DNA of 64,000 nucleotides, taken from positions 16,195,550-16,259,549 of the forward strand of contig JARFYF010000050.1 of assembly GCA_030265395.1 (NCBI GenBank). The letters are read 5' to 3'. Shown here in pieces: positions 26,574 to 39,469 of the stretch. The position numbers and the translations under genes were made by a program. This DNA comes from Rhina ancylostomus. Its lineage: Eukaryota. Under the pieces are notes generated by a model that saw only the letters and a program-made list of their open reading frames with translations, was not told the origin of the DNA and ran no database searches. Positions within the stretch are counted from its first letter, which is position 1; each line of letters begins with the position of its first letter.

Positions 26574-27519
26574 CTGCCAACAATAAAGTATTACTTGCAG
26601 CTCACTGCCAACCAAGTTTGTTGCAGTGACACAGTTTGATATGAATCCTTGTCAAGAAGAATCCATGCTAAGATCTATGCTTCTAACAGTGAAAAAAGGA
26701 AAACCATTTGTGAAATGGTTCCACGTTCTGATAATTAAGTCAAATATTGAAATAGCATGGTGGATGAAAAAGATGATGAAGGAATAAATTTTCCAAAGCT
26801 ATGATTCCTTGCAGATTTTGTAAGAAGTGCATTATGAGTCAAACATCTGTGCAAATGTAATAAAAACTGAAAATTAATAGTGAACTGATAGTAGTGCAGA
26901 ATGGCAAACATATGTGGAGTTTGTGCTTAATTTCAATTTGTTGGGCTTGGAAAGTTCTGAACTATTTTCATCTGGACATTTCGAGTCCATTGCTAAGCAA
27001 TACACTGGGTGACATTTAAAAAGGTGTACACCAGTTTCCGTCTGGTGTGATTTTGGACACCTTGAGGTCAGCTTTGACTGTGTTCACTACATTGCATCCC
27101 CATTCTGGAAGTGAGGCGGCCAGGGTTAAGGGTATGCGCAGACTGTCGACGTGACTGTGAGCCGAGAGCTGAGACTCAGCTAGGTTGAGCTGGACAATGT
27201 CAAATTTTCCTACCTGCAGGTGAAATTCTTCAATTGAACAAACTGGGTTGTATGAAGTTGAACAATCAAAGCAAGGACATCTGAATTACAGCCTAAACTG
27301 CACTCAAAGGTGTAACTGTTCTGGGAATTAAATACTGTCCTAGTACATTGTTCCATAATAAAACAACCCTTTGAAGAGTTCCTTTTGATTTGTTCACCTA
27401 CACCAAAAAGGAAGGTTTTTTTTAAATTCATTCATGGGATGTGGATATTGCTGACAAGACCAGCATTCATTGCCAATTTTTAATTGCTCTCTATATTATT
27501 TTGAATGGGGAAGGGATGG

Positions 27520-27845
27520 TAGAGGAGTATATAATATTCTGAGAGGCATAAATAGGGTAGGTAGTCAGAATCTTTTGCCCAGGGTAGAAATGTCAAATTC
27601 TAGAGGGCATAAGTTTAAGGAGAGAGGGGGAAAGTTTAAAGGAGATATGCAATACAAGATTTTTTACACAACATCTGGTAGGTGCCTGGTACATGCTGCT
27701 AGGGGAGGGGGTAGAAGCAGAAATGACAGCAAGATTTAAGAGGCATTTAGGCAGACACGTGACCAGGCAGGGAATAGAGGGATATGGACCATGTGTAGGC
27801 AGATGGAATTAGTTTAGATTGGCATTGTGGTCAGCGCAGACATGG
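27520..27845 (+). mobile_element. CR1 LINE 3' fragment running into a gap
   Basis: ORF 27470..27739 reads VYNILRGINRVGSQNLLPRVEMSNSRGHKFKERGGKFKGDMQ; homologous to 1500-1830. Confidence 0.85.
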
Positions 27846-28212
27846 NNNNNNNNNNNNNNNNNNNNNNNNNNNNNNNNNNNNNNNNNNNNNNNNNNNNNNN
27901 NNNNNNNNNNNNNNNNNNNNNNNNNNNNNNNNNNNNNNNNNNNNNNNNNNNNNNNNNNNNNNNNNNNNNNNNNNNNNNNNNNNNNNNNNNNNNNNNNNNN
28001 NNNNNNNNNNNNNNNNNNNNNNNNNNNNNNNNNNNNNNNNNNNNNNNNNNNNNNNNNNNNNNNNNNNNNNNNNNNNNNNNNNNNNNNNNNNNNNNNNNNN
28101 NNNNNNNNNNNNNNNNNNNNNNNNNNNNNNNNNNNNNNNNNNNNNNNNNNNNNNNNNNNNNNNNNNNNNNNNNNNNNNNNNNNNNNNNNNNNNNNNNNNN
28201 NNNNNNNNNNNN

Positions 28213-28362
28213 CAAAGACGTACGGGTTAGGAAGTTGTGGGCGTGCTATGTTGGCGCTGGAAGCGTGGCAACACTTGCGGGCTGCCCCCTGAACACTCTA
28301 TGCAAAAAGATGCATTTCACCATGTATTTCGATGTACATGTGACTAATAAAAGATCTTATCG
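28213..28362 (+). mobile_element. 3' part of a young V-SINE subfamily with a non-CR1 tail
   Basis: Close copy of 48626-48782 (caaagacgtacgggttaggaagttgtgggcgtgctatgttgg...gatgtacatgtgactaataaa). The 5' part is lost in the gap. Confidence 0.75.
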
Positions 28363-28477
28363 TGTAATAATGACCAATAGTCCCTGATGATAATAACCAA
28401 GTTATGAAACTGGTTAATAAAAAGTGTTATTGAAAACACTGTTTAACTACTGATTTGCTTCTCACACATCGCCTCAC

Positions 28478-30277
28478 CTTTTACTCCAGGAACATGTCTG
28501 TGTTGCCGGCTGGATTCAGCACCACAAGGCAGCTCGTGCTTGTTCTGGTTATCCTTCTGCCTTGCAACTGCCACCGCAATGCCAACTGGAGGCTGCCGCA
28601 CCTCTCCATCACCCTGAGATGACTCACTTTCCCTTCCTTTGGTACAATCTAGACGCTCCAAATCTAGGCTTGACTTCCCGCTTGGCAGCTTAATCTCCTG
28701 GTGGACACAGCTGGCCCTGATGGTCCCCAGACCTCCAAATGGGGTCTTCTGCCCAACGATCAGGGCCTGCGTGCCCGGAGGAAAGGAGCTGCTGTACTTT
28801 AGCAGACTCTTCATGGCTGAGACTTCATCAGTCTGACCCAACATGTCTTGGTTTATCACAGATCCTTGTGACAACATTGCTGCCTGCTGTAAACTTGAAC
28901 TGAAAGGGTCAAGGTAGGAGTTCTTCCTGTCTTCACCCATTGGAATCTGGGCACCCTGCCATGGTGGTATGTGGGATCCACTGTAGCTCATACAACTGAG
29001 CTCTGGTGGCCTTCTCTTCATCTCCGAACCACTTCCTATGTGCTCCACCTCAGGAAGCTTATGGTGTTGGTGCCGTATCCGGGCCACTTTTTGCCCCTGC
29101 GAGTCTTTAGAAGCTTTCTCTTGCACGTCGCTGCCCTGCTCCCGGTCCAGCATGTAACTGGAGTGGGTCAGTTTGGCGCAGCAAGTCTCCAGCTCCCTCG
29201 AACAGAAACAATCCTGAGTCTGTGGCATAACGTAAGTGCTACCTTTCCCTGAGGGGCCCTTGGCTGCCTGAGGTGTGAAGGGAATCACCATCTGTGCACC
29301 AGTGCTGCTACCACACTGCTGCTTGGATTTTATGGCTGAGTTGTGGGGCCAGTCCATTCCTTTCCCATCTAGCTTCAGATGCAGGTGTGAATTGGGAACA
29401 GTCCCGACATCAGTCCTCTCTGCGTTCTTCTCCTGTGTCTTCTCCTTCCCTACATTTCTGTTGATCTTGCAGTTCTCTGCAGTGACTTGGAAAGGTCTAC
29501 TTTTGTCACCAAAATGTCCCACTGAAGGCACGTAGGTAGGCCCAGTGACCTTGAGCTCCCTGCCAGCCTTATCTTGAGTAGGGTAAAAAAGGTCTAAGTT
29601 GGAATGAACCTGCAAACAGGGGAATGTTCCAGAGCCTGTGCTAGATGACGGAGGAATGTTAGACAGTGAAGAAGGAACAGAGTATGCAACAGAATGGTGT
29701 GGTGTTTGCCAGCTGTCCGAGCATTCGATATGCATTGGACCAGAGAGACCATTTTCTCTGAAATCCCTCTCAAACCTTAAGCTCTCTTTGGTACACCTGC
29801 CTGGGGTATGGATGTCCATTTGCCTTGGTAAAATCCCACCAATATTAGTGCAGCTTGCTAATAAAGTCTTACTGGAATCTCCATTCATAACTTTGGAGTT
29901 TGTTAAACAGCTATTGAATTGTTTATTTCTGTTTTCACACATACTATTGTGCATATTTGTTAGGTCTTCCTTGCATCTAATGTCTGGCATCAGAGGGTGC
30001 ACTATCTTGTGTCCATCTTTTCCATCTTCTTCTGAGTGTCTCTCCTTGTGTGTCCTTTGACTGTTCATTGAATTGCCTTCATTTTTACTCATCCTCTCTT
30101 TGCCTGGTTCCTTCGCAGCCAGCAGTCTGTCAGTTTCCTTGACTGTCTTGTGGGAGTGGCTCATTTCTCGGTCTCTGCTGCAGGAACCAATGGGAGCCGT
30201 GCGGGAAATGGAAGGGAAGCCGTGATTGGTTGAGAGCAAGGTTGGCTGTCCAGGCAAATTCCTCAGATAGAAACCAT
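28478..30277 (-). CDS. BAHCC1: BAHCC1 large coding exon B (1800 nt, phase 1-1): DGFYLRNLPGQPTLL...HRHVPGVK
   Basis: 604-aa ORF 28443..30257. Acceptor aacttgcag|AT, donor AAAG|GTGAGG. Contains BAHCC1 motifs GPTYVPSVGH, QKVARIRHQ, YLDPFSSSLQQAA and EVRQPPVGIAVAVARQKD. Confidence 0.95.
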
Positions 30278-32461
30278 CTGCAAGTTGAGAGAGATCTCAT
30301 TACATTTTGTCACCATCAATAACAAGATATCCCACAGCCTTCTTTTTCAGCAAACTTTAGCCTAGGTTCAATTCAAAGCCAAAATGTTCAGGTCACTAAT
30401 GCAATTTTATGATGAATAGTTTTTCATTATACATGAGACCAATTTTGTCTCCAGATTTTCACTACCATTTTTCTTCCTTCCTGAAGGCACCGACTTTTAG
30501 GATAATAGATAATTCAAGAACATTTACCGAGTTTCCCATCCAAATGGGTAATATCCTAGAGTCAGCTTTTCTAGTAAAGGGTTGATTTCCAAATGCAGGC
30601 TATTGGCATCTGGTCTCATCTACTGGGACCATGTGCCGGAAATTGATGGTCATGCTGCTCATAATCATCTGTTTATTACCATTTGGCAACGTACCTGTTT
30701 TTTCCCATTACATGCTCATGACAACCACAGGCCTGTCTTTGCTAAAATCAACCCTTAAAATTGTCTATTTGATCACTGCCAACATCACACACAAACCTAA
30801 TCCTGTTAGCATCAGGCTTTGACACATACACAGCTTCAAATTCAACAAGGGGGCACGCCCGGATGGCTAGGATAACTGCTACCCAGCTGAGATAAGTTAA
30901 AGCAGCATAGACTGGGATGTGGACTTGGGATTTTCCAAGGGAACAAATTATTGTCAAATGGAAAAGGGCCTCCATAAACCTTTCACCCTTATTTTCAAAG
31001 TCCTACACGTTCTTGTTGTCCTCATCTCTGTAGCCTCCTGCAGCTCTTCAACCCTCCAAGATCTCTCCAGCTCCCCGATTCTGACCACGTGCACATTCTG
31101 GATTTTATCCACAGATGGCTATTATGCCTGCAGCTGGTCATTTCCTTCCATAAGTCTCTCCCGCTGTCACCATTTAAGGCCCTTTAAAATCTACCTTATT
31201 TTATCTTAGAAGGTGCATGTGCCTTATAACAGCAACAAAGGAAGCCATTCAGCCCATTTGTTCCTTGCCAGCTTCCGGGGAGCTATCCCATTAGTCCCAT
31301 TCCTCCTTATTTCTCTGTAACCCCTACATTTCATTCTTTCTCACACATACCTATAAACTCCCCTTTGGTTCTTTTTGCCATTACTAAAATTTGCAGTGGA
31401 AAGATTGATTTGGATATTTGTATGCAAATTAGATCCACTGGAAGATATCCTACATCATAAAACTGCTTGCAAACTCACTCAGAACAAATCTTTTTAATTT
31501 CAGTGGCTAGAATGGATCTCTCTCAGTAGTCCAAAGACTCAGCATTCACCTTCAGGTCAAAGAAGAGTCTGCCATGCTTCAATGGGGCAAGAGAGGCAAT
31601 TTAATTGAATTTGAATACCAGTATCATTTTTGATACTATGGAGAAACCTGTGTTGTTCTGCTTAAAGTATATCAAATGAGGAGAGGTTTATTTAGTGGCG
31701 TACAAAAGTACGCAGAGGAAAACTGTTCATACTGGCAGAGTGACTACAACCAGTGGGTTACATAATGGTTGAAGCACCCTGAGCAGGAGATGATAATTAC
31801 TTTTTAGGCAGTGAGTTCTTTTGATCTGGAAGTCACTGCCTGTTGCAGTAGGAATAAATTCAGGAGGAACATTCATCAGGGAATCAGACAAATACCTGAG
31901 AAGGGAAAATAGGTGGGCTTTGGGATTGACTCTCAGAAAACCGGTCCAGGCACCTGGACAGAAAGGCCTTCTTCTGTCCCTATTATTCTGAGGCTTCATT
32001 TTTCCAATCACATGGCTGTTTGGGAAGTGTCACAAGAACAAGCTCATGGATCAACATGTTAATGCTTTTGTTTACTGCTATTTTGCCTTTTTAAAAAGAC
32101 TTCTTTTACTTCCTGACTTTTCTTGCTCCATCTGCCTCCTCTCCCTTTCTCTCTTTGCACTCCATCTCTTGCTGCCCCCCCCCCCCCCCCCNNNNNNNNN
32201 NNNNNNNNNNNNNNNNNNNNNNNNNNNNNNNNNNNNNNNNNNNNNNNNNNNNNNNNNNNNNNNNNNNNNNNNNNNNNNNNNNNNNNNNNNNCTTGCTGCC
32301 CCCCACCCCACACCCCCCCCCCCCCCCATTCGTTCTATCTTTTTCTCTGCATTTGTGTCTGTCTTTGTTCTGTACCATTCCTTGTCTATGAAGTGGTCAA
32401 TAATTACAATGAATAATTCTATTTTGCTGTGTGCATGCAGAGTCCTGTTTATGTTATTCAT

Positions 32462-32529
32462 TCCTCTCAGTCTCACAGAGAGGGTCTGGCATTTCACTGC
32501 CATGGCCTGGGTTCAATTCTGATCAGGGA
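32462..32529 (+). pseudogene. tRNA-Glu(TTC)-derived pseudogene
   Basis: The 3' half ggcatttcactgccatggcctgggttcaattctgatcaggga aligns to vertebrate tRNA-Glu GGCGCTTTCACCGCCGCGGCCCGGGTTCGATTCCCGGTCAGGGA, mostly through CpG>TpG/CpA changes. The D arm and A box are degenerate. Confidence 0.6.
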
Positions 32530-34244
32530 CTTCATTCATTTTGCCTCCCCTAATGGCTTGGTAGGTACAGTCCATTGTTAATACAAAGTCACTTCATTTG
32601 AATAATGTGTTCATTTGAATTTTATTTGCACAAAAAGCCTTCAGTGCTGATTCATTTACATGACTTCAATTGAATAACAAGAACATTTAATATTTTTTAA
32701 TGCAAATAACAATTTTGAATTAACAATCTAACATTAGCCACTGTGTCTTCTGGGTGATAACTATACAAACCAGGTCTAATCCTGGTTCAGTCTTGGTTTG
32801 TGTAGTTCCTAATTTGGTTGTTAGTGAAGGTATGTGGGAGCTCCTTTGCTAGGGAGAGAGATTTCAACTCATCAGTAGTTATTCAATGGTGAATTATTTC
32901 CCAAATGTCACATGAGAGCAAGATCGGCTGCTGTCACACAGCTACTCTTCCCACAAAGCCCAATCCCAGCCATCATCCAGTAACAAAGGCGAAAGATAGG
33001 TGCTCAGGTGAGGTTGCATCACCGCCCTCAGCAAGTGACAGAAAAGCAGTCAAAACTTAAAAGGCTTTCAGAGGCACCGTGTACATTAGAAAAGTTTATC
33101 GACAGCATTGAACACCAATGAAACTAATAGAAATGCTGATATAACGAGGAACATAAACAGCCCAAATCAGGATGGTATGTAGTCAGAGGCTGTGTATGAA
33201 TGGTCAGCTGGCTGGAATCAATTTGCAAGCTGTATGTGTTGTGTCACCATCCCAAATGTCAGGATTAAACTCTAAATTTTGTGCTCCCTACATTTTTTGT
33301 GCCAACAACACTTATGTCCAATTGTTTTAAGAAAAACAAAGTATTGTGGATTATATTTGAAGAAAATGTTAAAATGCAAAACAGGTAGAAAGAGTCCATT
33401 AGGTACCATTTCATACACATGCTGGAATAATATTTTAGTTGAATACAGGCAATCCTGTGTTGCAGAGAGGTTGCATTCCTAGAAAACTGTCCCTATTGTG
33501 ATTTTCTGTATTGCGAACTTTCTTTTCCCATTGAATCCCATGTTAGAAATGGAGATGTACCTCCATGGAATACGTTTCTCTCATATTAAGACATTTTATC
33601 GGTGGTAACAAAGTGACACATCGCAATTACTTAATAGCTGAGGTCAGCATTAGACTCGGCAGGGGGAGTGGGGGTTTGGACAAGGCTCATGCGAGAGAAA
33701 CAACAAATTTTTGTCAATTTTTTATTTTTACTCACTCTAGTGTGGGGCAAAATGATTTGGATATGACATCACCTTGTTGAGTGCGTTGGCAGTCACAGCC
33801 GAGTCCCTCCTTGGCCACACCCTCTCCCATCCAAGGACATGTGAATAGACATCTCAGGGTGTGGTGCTGCCATACTCTTCATCTGTGAGGTATTTTCTCT
33901 GATGGACAAGGCTAGTGGCTTAGGAAAAGGTTTAGGAAGTGGGGAAATCAGAAAGAGGGATAGGACTTGAGGATCAGGATTCATGGGAGAAAGGTGGTGC
34001 AGAGGTAATTCAGGGAGGTAATGGGTTAAAGTGCGGTGATTTGGTAGAAGTGAGTACTTTAAGGAGCCAGTGTAAGAGCCAGCCATGGGCTACTGCGACT
34101 CCCCACAATGCAATGCATCAGAGAAAATGCCTCACAGATGCAGAGCACGACAGTACTGCACTCCGAGATGTCTGTCTGATCACATGTCCTTGGACCAGAG
34201 AGGGTGTTGCAAAGGAGGGACTCAGTTGTGACTGCCAAGCCATA

Positions 34245-34545
34245 CAGCACAAGGGCACAGCCTCAGAATAAGGGGGCATCCTTTTAAAACTGAGATGAGA
34301 AAGAATTTCTTCAGCCAGAGGGTGGTGAATCTGTGGCTTTTGTTGCCACAGAGGGTTATAGAGGCCAAGTCATTGGGTGCATTTAAGGCAGAGACTGATA
34401 GGTTCTTGATTGGTAAGGGGGGGCGGTGGTTAAAAGTTACGGGGAGAAGGCTGGAGAATGGGGTTAAAAAAATCAGCCATGATTGAACGGCGGAGCAGAC
34501 TCAATGGGCCGAATGGCCTAATTCTGCTCCTATATCTTATAGTCT
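34245..34545 (+). mobile_element. CR1 LINE 3' fragment
   Basis: ORF 34295..34486 reads MRKNFFSQRVVNLW.LLPQRVIEAKSLGAFKAETDRFL, followed by the tail gggccgaatggcctaattctgctcctatatcttat. Confidence 0.88.
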
Positions 34546-34958
34546 GATACGGTGAGGTCATATCCAAATCTTATTGGCCCACAGTGACTAAAAATTAAAA
34601 TTGACAAAATTTGTTGTTTTGTGTTTGTTTATTTGTCTATATTTTCCCCCACATAAGAGCAAATTTTATTCCATATCTCAAATTTTTGGGTGGTGATTTG
34701 TGAATTACATTAGAGCGAATTTCCATAACTCAAACAGCTGTACTGCGGGGGTTGCTTGTATTTGTTTCAAAGAAGCTGCAATGTTCCAAGCCAAAACTGG
34801 GCTCAACCTGGTAAGGAATTATGTAATAATCCACTTTATTCCTAATACATTGTAACAATTGCCATGGCTAACTGTTACTTAAATTAAAAGGCATCATAAT
34901 TAAAACAAAAGAACGATATCGACATTGCTGTTTTGTAAGTTCCTTGCAGGCTATTTCA

Positions 34959-35129
<171 letters not shown>

Positions 35130-35639
35130 TTAACAGTAGGCACCAATATTTCCTTTTCAACTGTACTTCAGTTATCATAGTTTAAGCAATAAAGTGGTTT
35201 TCCAACTAAAGTCTAGTAATTGCAAACAGACCGTGAGGAAAAGAAACCGCTGAGGTTTCAATGCTTCTGTGTGCGATGAAAAAGAATAACAAAAGATACA
35301 ATCTCTGTGTTCCCTGTATTTTATTTATGACTGATACAGTGGATTCAACTACTGAACTTGTAGAGAGGTCTGGCAAGTTGCCCTTCATTTTGAGGGCCTG
35401 AAATTCAGCTTAACAGAAGATGATTTTTCAAAAAGGTCATATCTTGTTCCCTAGAATGACAGCTAACATTAAATTATAATTAAAGGCATGTTCAAAATCC
35501 ACTGTCCGTTGTAATCTCTTCTTATCTATGGCTAGTGAACTCATTGCAAATACAGACAGAAGTAGTCTCGGCAACCCACTGTGATTGTACAAATGCCAGC
35601 AGATTCACTCAAGCAATCTACTCTAACCCACAAGAGTAA

Positions 35640-35900
35640 AGCAAAAACAAAATTGCAGATGCTAGAAATCTGAAACAAAAGCAGAAGATGCTGGAAATAC
35701 TGTAGCAAGTGTCTGTAGGGAGTTAACACTTCAAGTCGATGATCTTTCACGAGAAGTAGGATAGGTTAGAAAAGAGACATGTTTTAAGTTGCAGAGAAGA
35801 CAGAGAGTTAGAGAGGACAAAGAGAATGCCTGTGATAGAGTGGAGACCAAGAGAGATGTGATGCAAGTGGTGGTACAGTTTGAGAGAGGGCGGTAATGGT
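35640..35900 (-). mobile_element. Penelope-like terminal repeat fragment
   Basis: gcagatgctagaaatctgaaacaaaagcagaagatgctggaaatac...gagttaacacttcaagtcgatgatctttca...ttttaagttgcagaga. Confidence 0.6.
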
Positions 35901-37054
35901 TTGTCACAAATTGATCTTCTGTCTGGAGGACATATAAATAGCAGAAGATAAATGAGAACAGAGGGAGAAAAGGAAACAAAAAGAAAATCTAATCCATTCT
36001 CCTTTTTCTCCATAGTTTTAGTTTTCAAATATTTACCAAATTCCATTTTAAATTATGCTTTACAATAGAGATAAAGGATTCTTAGGACAAGCCACAATCA
36101 CTTGTCATCAAACTGAGAAATGCTAGCCTTGAAATTCTATTGCGTTTTTGTGCTCCATACAACAGAATTTTCACGCAGTACACAAATGGTTTTCAGTGTG
36201 CTTGACAAGCTAACACCAGAAGCACTCGGACATGCCCATTGGTGAATGCCACTCACTTTTACAGGCTACTCATGCAGAAGGAGGCCTTCACAACACGCGA
36301 GGTCTGGTTCAATGATCGTTAAAGGGAGGCCAGCATGGTCAGATCTGGAGTCCATTTTCTGGATCCACCTGAAGATTAATCCATTTTGTTATCTGCTTGG
36401 CTCACACTCCCACCACCCACTATCCACCACGCCCTACTGCTGAGGGTCTTCTTCAGACTTCCAGCCATCTAACTGCAATCTAATCCCTTACCACCAAATG
36501 ATCATGACCCCTCACACTGATGTCCCAAGCTGATCCCTGAGACTCCAGTTCCCAAATGACTGGAGCTCCAAATTTCCACTCACGTATTGACATGTCCTTC
36601 AACACCATTTGCCATTCTTTCAAAAACTAAATTTAATTTGTACACATTATCAAGGTCCATAAAAAATACATTTGTACAACATCTACTGCATTCCCTAATT
36701 TAAAATCGTTCCAAATATTTTTTCATAAAATTCAATTGTTAATTTTTCTTTGCAAACTAACTATTCCCAATCAGCCTGTTGCTGTATAAGTGGGTATTGA
36801 TTTAATTAGACTCCATGGGTTCCAGAGCTTGGAAATATCAGAATCAGAATCATGTACATACTGCTGACCTCCAGTGAGTGAAGCTGTGGAGTGCACAACA
36901 CTTGCCCACCCAAAGCCAGTGGAGGAAGGAACGGGTGGGATACTTCTGAGTGTACAGCTCAGAAGCCACATCAGTGATATGGCAACATAGTCCTTTAATA
37001 TTTGACATAGAAAACAAAATTTATGAAAATATATAATAAAACTGCATCTGTTTA

Positions 37055-37182
37055 GACTTGAGGAAAAGTCATCGACCTGAAACATTCGTTCTCTCTCCAC
37101 TGATGCTGTCTGACGTGCTGAATTTTTCCAGAATTTTTACCTTTATTTCAGATTTCCAGCATCTGCAGCTTTTTGCTTCTTT
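37055..37182 (+). mobile_element. Penelope-like terminal repeat fragment
   Basis: gtcatcgacctgaaacatt...ctctccactgatgctgtctgacgtgctga...tttcagatttccagcatctgcag; inverted relative to the 35640 copy. Confidence 0.6.
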
Positions 37183-37267
37183 TATTATTTCTTAACCGAA
37201 CTGAGATGCTGATAAAATTTGCCACTGATAATAATCTTTCCTTTCAATGCCATCAAACGGACCTGCA

Positions 37268-37392
37268 CTTCCTGAAGAAGGGTCCTGACCCGAAACGTTG
37301 ATCTCCTGCTTTTCTCCATGCATGCTGCCTGGCCTGCTGAGTTCCTCCAGCATCCTAGTGCTTTTCATCTGGATTCCACCATCTGTAGTCCT
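37268..37392 (+). mobile_element. Penelope-like terminal repeat with hammerhead-like core
   Basis: ctgaagaagggtcctgacccgaaacgttga...atgctgcctggcctgctgagttcctccagcatc. Confidence 0.65.
37272..37305 (+). ncRNA. Minimal hammerhead ribozyme-like motif
   Basis: CTGAAGA core box, one extra A, stem II GGGT-CCTG-ACCC, GAAA box, then the palindrome AACGTT. Stem I and the cleavage triplet are not clearly resolved. Confidence 0.45.
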
Positions 37393-39346
37393 TCATTACT
37401 CCTGCACTTACCAAGGCTGCTCCTTTCCTTCCTTTTTAGTATCTCTCCTCAACATCTTATAGACAGAGCTACCCCAGCTAAAAGGTTCATAACTAAATAT
37501 GGTTCTAATTAGCAAATAAGCTTTTTTTCTTGTCATTTTGCTATTTTTGCTGCAGCACTGATTCATTCGTATCCTTAGTATTATCTTTCTTTTATATGAA
37601 TCTTCCCTTCACTTTTTAACCTCTTGAAACGTACCATCCATTGCACATAATTAGTGTGACAACTTATCCTACCCTTGTTAATCCTTACCATTTATGTTAT
37701 TGCAGTAGATGTTTCCAGTCAATCACCAGAACATAAAAGTTTAAACTCGTACCCCATTTAAAAGCTAGTTCTTGCAATTCCTTGAAGTTCACACAGGCTT
37801 CTGAAAATTAGTATTTGGATGGCTTCCTTCAGTGATGTAACCCTGGAAAGGAAGCTGCCATTTATGGGCATTCCTCATACTGGGAAAGGGATAGAAAATA
37901 ATTGAATTCCGAGTTCATTTTCACAAATGACTGTACAAATAAAATTTATTAACAAGGAATTTGAGGAAATTGTTGGAACAAGGTTTCCTGTCTACCACAG
38001 TAAGTACTTGCATCTGGAATTTCCTGCCGCATCATCATTGGGAGAAATATGCTTTTCAAAATCCTGGGTCAATTGTTGCTGCTTCAAATGCCAGCAACGT
38101 TAGTTAGCTGGACAGAACAAAAAATGATTATGGTGCTGAAAGATTGTTCAGCCCACACATAGTTCAGATTTAAGCTTTGTTGCCCTTTTAAAAAATACCA
38201 TCACAAATATTGTTTACAATAGCTTATTAAGATATGCAATCATGCTAACTATTTACATGGTTCAGTGAGCTATTTGCACAGTCTTCACCTTAACTCACGC
38301 TCTTGTTAATTTGTACAAACAGCATCTTTAGGGATTCATTTTCAGCTGGATTGATTCCAAATTTACAGTAATCTGCCTTGTTTTCACAGTTGTTCTATAC
38401 CACTACTCCCCAAAATTTAAAAAAAATGTTTTTTTATGCAGCAATAATGGGTCTCTTTTTAACTCTTTCACTGTCATGAATGGGTAGCTTTGAGGCATTT
38501 TCACATGGGGTTGTGTTCTATCCTATTGCCATGCTGGCATCTATTTTGTCTTACTCATCAATAATTGTCAAAGGTTTAATCTAACCTTTAATGATAACAT
38601 TTTTTTTAAAGTGACCCCTGATGCACACTGACATCCTTCATTAGTGTCTAAATTATTACCTTAATGTGAGTTCAAAGTGACTAGCTGAAAAGATTCACAA
38701 AAATGATATAAATGAAGGTGATAAACATAGGTAAGGACAAAAGTAAGGTTTTCATATCAATTATTAGACATAGACTTAAAGCCAGCAGAGTGCTTCTGCC
38801 TGATCCAAACAGAATTTACAGTCATATTTATATTCTGGATATCTTCCTTGGTTGCCACATCACTAAGAACCAAAATGATCAGACGCTGTACTGCCATGAC
38901 CTGTGTACTTTCACCTGCCCAATATTCAGGTGTGTGTCTGAAGAGCCAGCATTTGAACAGAGAACCTTTGTTCCTGTTCTCTGGCCTCCAAGATGTACCG
39001 GGATCATCTGCAGCACAGGAGGCAGAGAATAAAAAGTATGTTTAATTGATGGGCTATCAGACAGGTCTCTTGAATGTTCGGCAGGTACAGCACTTAAGAG
39101 GACATTATATTTACGGTAATTATAAACTTCATTATTTCACTGACATATCAAACACAACAGAAAGCATCCACTCATGCAATAACCTTCAACATGAAAGTGA
39201 CCCTAAAACAACTGATGTCCTTCATTTGTGGCTATCTGTTACCAGACATCCTCCGATTAACCTGAAATAGTCTCAGACGAACTCTCATATTTCCTTAAAA
39301 ATATCATGAGACAAAGGGACATTGAAAATTGTCAGAGTTACATCAG

Positions 39347-39469
39347 TCATTCCCTGGACTGCAGCAACAAGGGGCATTTCCTGATCATGGGTTTGCTCTA
39401 GCACATTTCACTCCCTGGACTGCAGCAACAAGGGGCATTTCCTGATCATGGGTTTGCTCTAGCACCATT
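39347..39469. repeat. Direct tandem duplication, period 61 bp, two copies
   Basis: tccctggactgcagcaacaaggggcatttcctgatcatgggtttgctctagcac is identical at 39351-39404 and 39412-39465. Confidence 0.95.

Noticed and set aside
28384-28417. CTGATGA...GAAAC hammerhead-like string
   Set aside because: Stem II is offset by two unpaired bases and lacks the G-C closing pair, and there is no stem I or III. Probably a decayed SINE remnant or chance.
28639-30060. Plus-strand ORFs overlapping the large exon (also 7809-8215 and 11809-12150)
   Set aside because: These are antisense shadows of real coding exons, with no independent evidence.
25817-31390. Inverted SINE pair flanking exons B and C as a circRNA driver
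   Set aside because: The reverse copy near 31220-31390 is short and very diverged, so stable pairing is doubtful.
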